From assembly GCF_000181795.1 (NCBI RefSeq), contig NW_003526943.1, positions 6,480,219-6,523,541 on the forward strand: a stretch of 43,323 nt of DNA, read 5' to 3'. The notes under the pieces are model-generated. The model made no database searches, was not told where the DNA came from, and was given only the letters and a program-made list of their open reading frames with translations. This document shows, piece by piece, positions 40,827-43,323 of the stretch. Made by a program: the position numbers and the translations under genes. Positions within the stretch are counted from its first letter, which is position 1. Each line of letters starts with the position of its first letter. The DNA comes from Trichinella spiralis. Lineage: Eukaryota.

Positions 40827-41739
40827 CTCATCACAGTTTTTTTAGAAAACTGTTCACCACAATCATGTGTCATACTTTGTAAAAATGAAATATTGCGTTT
40901 TTTATGCTTTTTAGGTTAATAAATATTTTATTCAATTTTTTGAAAATAATATTCAAGCTTGTTTCCGTTTCTTGATCAAAATATATAGTTGCCATTACAT
41001 AATTGCATCATGAAACGTACTGCTATTATCTCAAACTATGCACCACCATACTACACTCAATAATTTGGAATTAAATAATAATTTGCATTACGACATAAAT
41101 AAAATTTTATTTTTTATATACTGCTTAAAAACTGGTTTATTTTCTCTATTGATCAGTTTCTTTTTTGATTTAGTTTACTTTAAGCTAAAATATAAGTTCA
41201 AGCGTATATTTATTCATTTAATATAATTAACAATGTAATTTAAATGCTAATAACAATACTCTTATTATATAAAATAGTGATTAAATGCAGAAAATTCAAA
41301 TCTAGTAATCTATTTATGAGCACAACACAATAACTTAATTTTCATAAAGTTACTGTATCTTAGCTTCGATGCTCCTTTGACATTTGTTTCATATAGTAAA
41401 TACTTTACATAACTTAGAAAATTATTTTTAAAAAATTTGGTCAAAAAATTTCAAAATAAAATAACATTATAGCGAATACAAATACAAAGATTGTGACATT
41501 GAAAAAATAATACTGTAGATCCACCATGTAACAGACGGCCAAAGGCTGAGTATCGTTCAGTAGGAAATCTTAGACATTATTCATTCCAGGCACTGCAGAG
41601 ACAGAGTCGCCACCGCAAAAAGACATGGTGTCCAATCGGTAGAAAGGAGTCGTGTAATACTTGATTATCAGGAAGGTTACGGTAGTTGGTTGGCGTGAGA
41701 AGAGACAGCCACTTTATGTTGGTGAAAGGTAGTCGGTTG

Positions 41740-42295
41740 GTGGTCAGCCTCGGTGCGATTGAGCCCTCCATGATGCCGTGGGGGTTTATCCGAGGTACTT
41801 ATGCAAAAGAAAGATGGTTCTCCGTTTTTGGGTCGATTATCGCAGACCGAACGCCGTGATGCAGATCCACGCATCGACGACACCCTGAACGCGCTACCGA
41901 GAGCAGTGGTTCAGCACACTTGTCCCAGCGCCCAGGTATTGTCAAGTTGAAATGGACGAGGTGGATTGTGAGAAGAGGGCTTTCTCTATAACCCTGGGAA
42001 TTCCCCAGTTTAAAGTTTTACCGTTTGGTCTTTCCAGCGTCTGATGGAGACTGCGATGCGTGGACTGACCTGGAAGACTTGTTTCTTTCATCTCGACGAC
42101 ATCATCATGTTCAGGAAGACGGAAGAAGAGCCGCTAGAACGACTCACAGAAGTAGAAGAGAGAATTAAGTCGGTAGCGCTGAAAATCTGACCTGATAAGT
42201 TTTAACTTATGCGCAAGAGTTTGTGATACTTTGGGCACAGAATGACGCTGCAAGGCATCGTTATGGACATGGAAAAGGCAGAAGCGGTAGAAAGC
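41740..42295 (+). mobile_element. Ty3/Gypsy pol (reverse transcriptase) relic
   Basis: Frameshifted fragments KKDGS / FWVDYRRPNAV / PRIDDTLNAL / WFSTL / YCQVEM / QFKVLPFGLSS / MRGLTWKTCFFHLDDIIMF / YFGHRMTLQGIVMDMEKAEAV follow the canonical Gypsy RT motif order, with the YLDD box decayed to HLDD. Confidence 0.85.
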
Positions 42296-42986
42296 GACAG
42301 TACAAGATAAAGGGTTTTATTTACTATGGCTCCCTTATTACTGAGTTCCTTCTCTGGTATATGCGAACATGAAGACATACAAATACTGTAAAACAGCAAC
42401 TGATGAAGAAGAATGGGAAGTTCTTCATAAACACAGTTGTATTATGCAATGAATAGATGACTTCAGGATGAAATTCCATCAAATATGGAATTTCAGGAAC
42501 ACCTTCCATCATGCTCTAAATGCTGGAAATCTCGAAATTAAAAATCAACCTGTAGATTCATAGCCAAATTTACTATATTTATTTGTTATTATTGTATTTC
42601 ATATCTTTGCACATTGTACATATTGTAATATAGTTAACACTTATTTGTTGTTGTGAAATAAAATGTTACATGTTACATATATGCCATGTTCTGAAGCGCG
42701 ACCAATGGATAGCAGAAAGGTTTGCGTGAAAAATATAGTTTTCTGATCATCGTAAATTTTAGAAATCAAATTACAAAACTGATCCATTTATCACTTGAGA
42801 TAATCTGAAGTCAGTAAAATGTGTAACTGTAATGCATTTTAAAAGCATTATTTTTCAAAACTAATGTGTTTTCACTTTAATAAGAAGGTAATGTAAAATA
42901 TCACTAGAATTTGCCCTAATTAGGTCAAATTTTTAATAAACAACCATCATCAGTCACACATTCTGATAAACACCTTAATAGTTTTG

Positions 42987-43029
42987 CCCCCACTCGGTCC
43001 CACTATGTTCCCCTTCGGTCCCACTGTTC
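42987..43029. repeat. Short imperfect tandem duplication, possibly part of a DNA transposon/MITE end
   Basis: CCCCACTCGGTCCCACTATGTT is followed by CCCCTTCGGTCCCACTGTTC. Confidence 0.4.
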
Positions 43030-43323
43030 ACTTATTGGTCGTTGACCACGCTATTGTATTGGACCGTCAAGTCTTTGTCGTATTAAATTTCCTTGTCTAA
43101 TTGCTCATTGATTCAAATCTTTCCCTTGTGATTAGCTGTAAAATTTTTTCACTTCATTGGTTCAAATATTCCATTTAGAATTACGTAACTTTAATAGTGG
43201 TGACGTAACATTAATAATGAAAATATTTCTTATTTGGGAATTGTTTCAATCAAGATTTATAAGTTTTATCATTCATTGAAATTTTGTTTTCCCCATATAT
43301 TATTAGTGAAGTTTATACTTTTT

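Noticed and set aside
42202..42550. Short minus-strand ORFs with splice-like sites
   Set aside because: No coherent multi-exon model or recognisable motif emerged, and they partly overlap the RT relic.

Overview
This is AT-rich eukaryotic genomic DNA with short GT-AG introns, most likely from a Trichinella-type (clade I) nematode. That assignment is inferred mainly from two non-canonical spliced-leader RNA genes. The first 24 kb is gene-dense. In order it holds the 3' part of a mitochondrial glutamate carrier (+), a 2-exon membrane protein with weak vezatin-like features (-), TMEM199/Vma12 (+), a divergent EHD/RME-1-type ATPase whose switch-I Thr is replaced by Asn (+), nested transposon relics, a pre-miRNA-like hairpin, two SL RNA genes with a shared upstream element that flank a decayed ORF, DHX8/PRP22 (+), a coiled-coil/polyQ protein (-), tRNA-Arg(TCG) (-) and a GILT-like thiol reductase (+). 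The rest contains Gypsy relics, long AT-rich intergenic DNA with a few GC-richer islands, and a multi-exon secreted tandem-PEBP protein (+). All gene models were spliced and translated by hand, and family assignments come from remembered motifs, not database searches.
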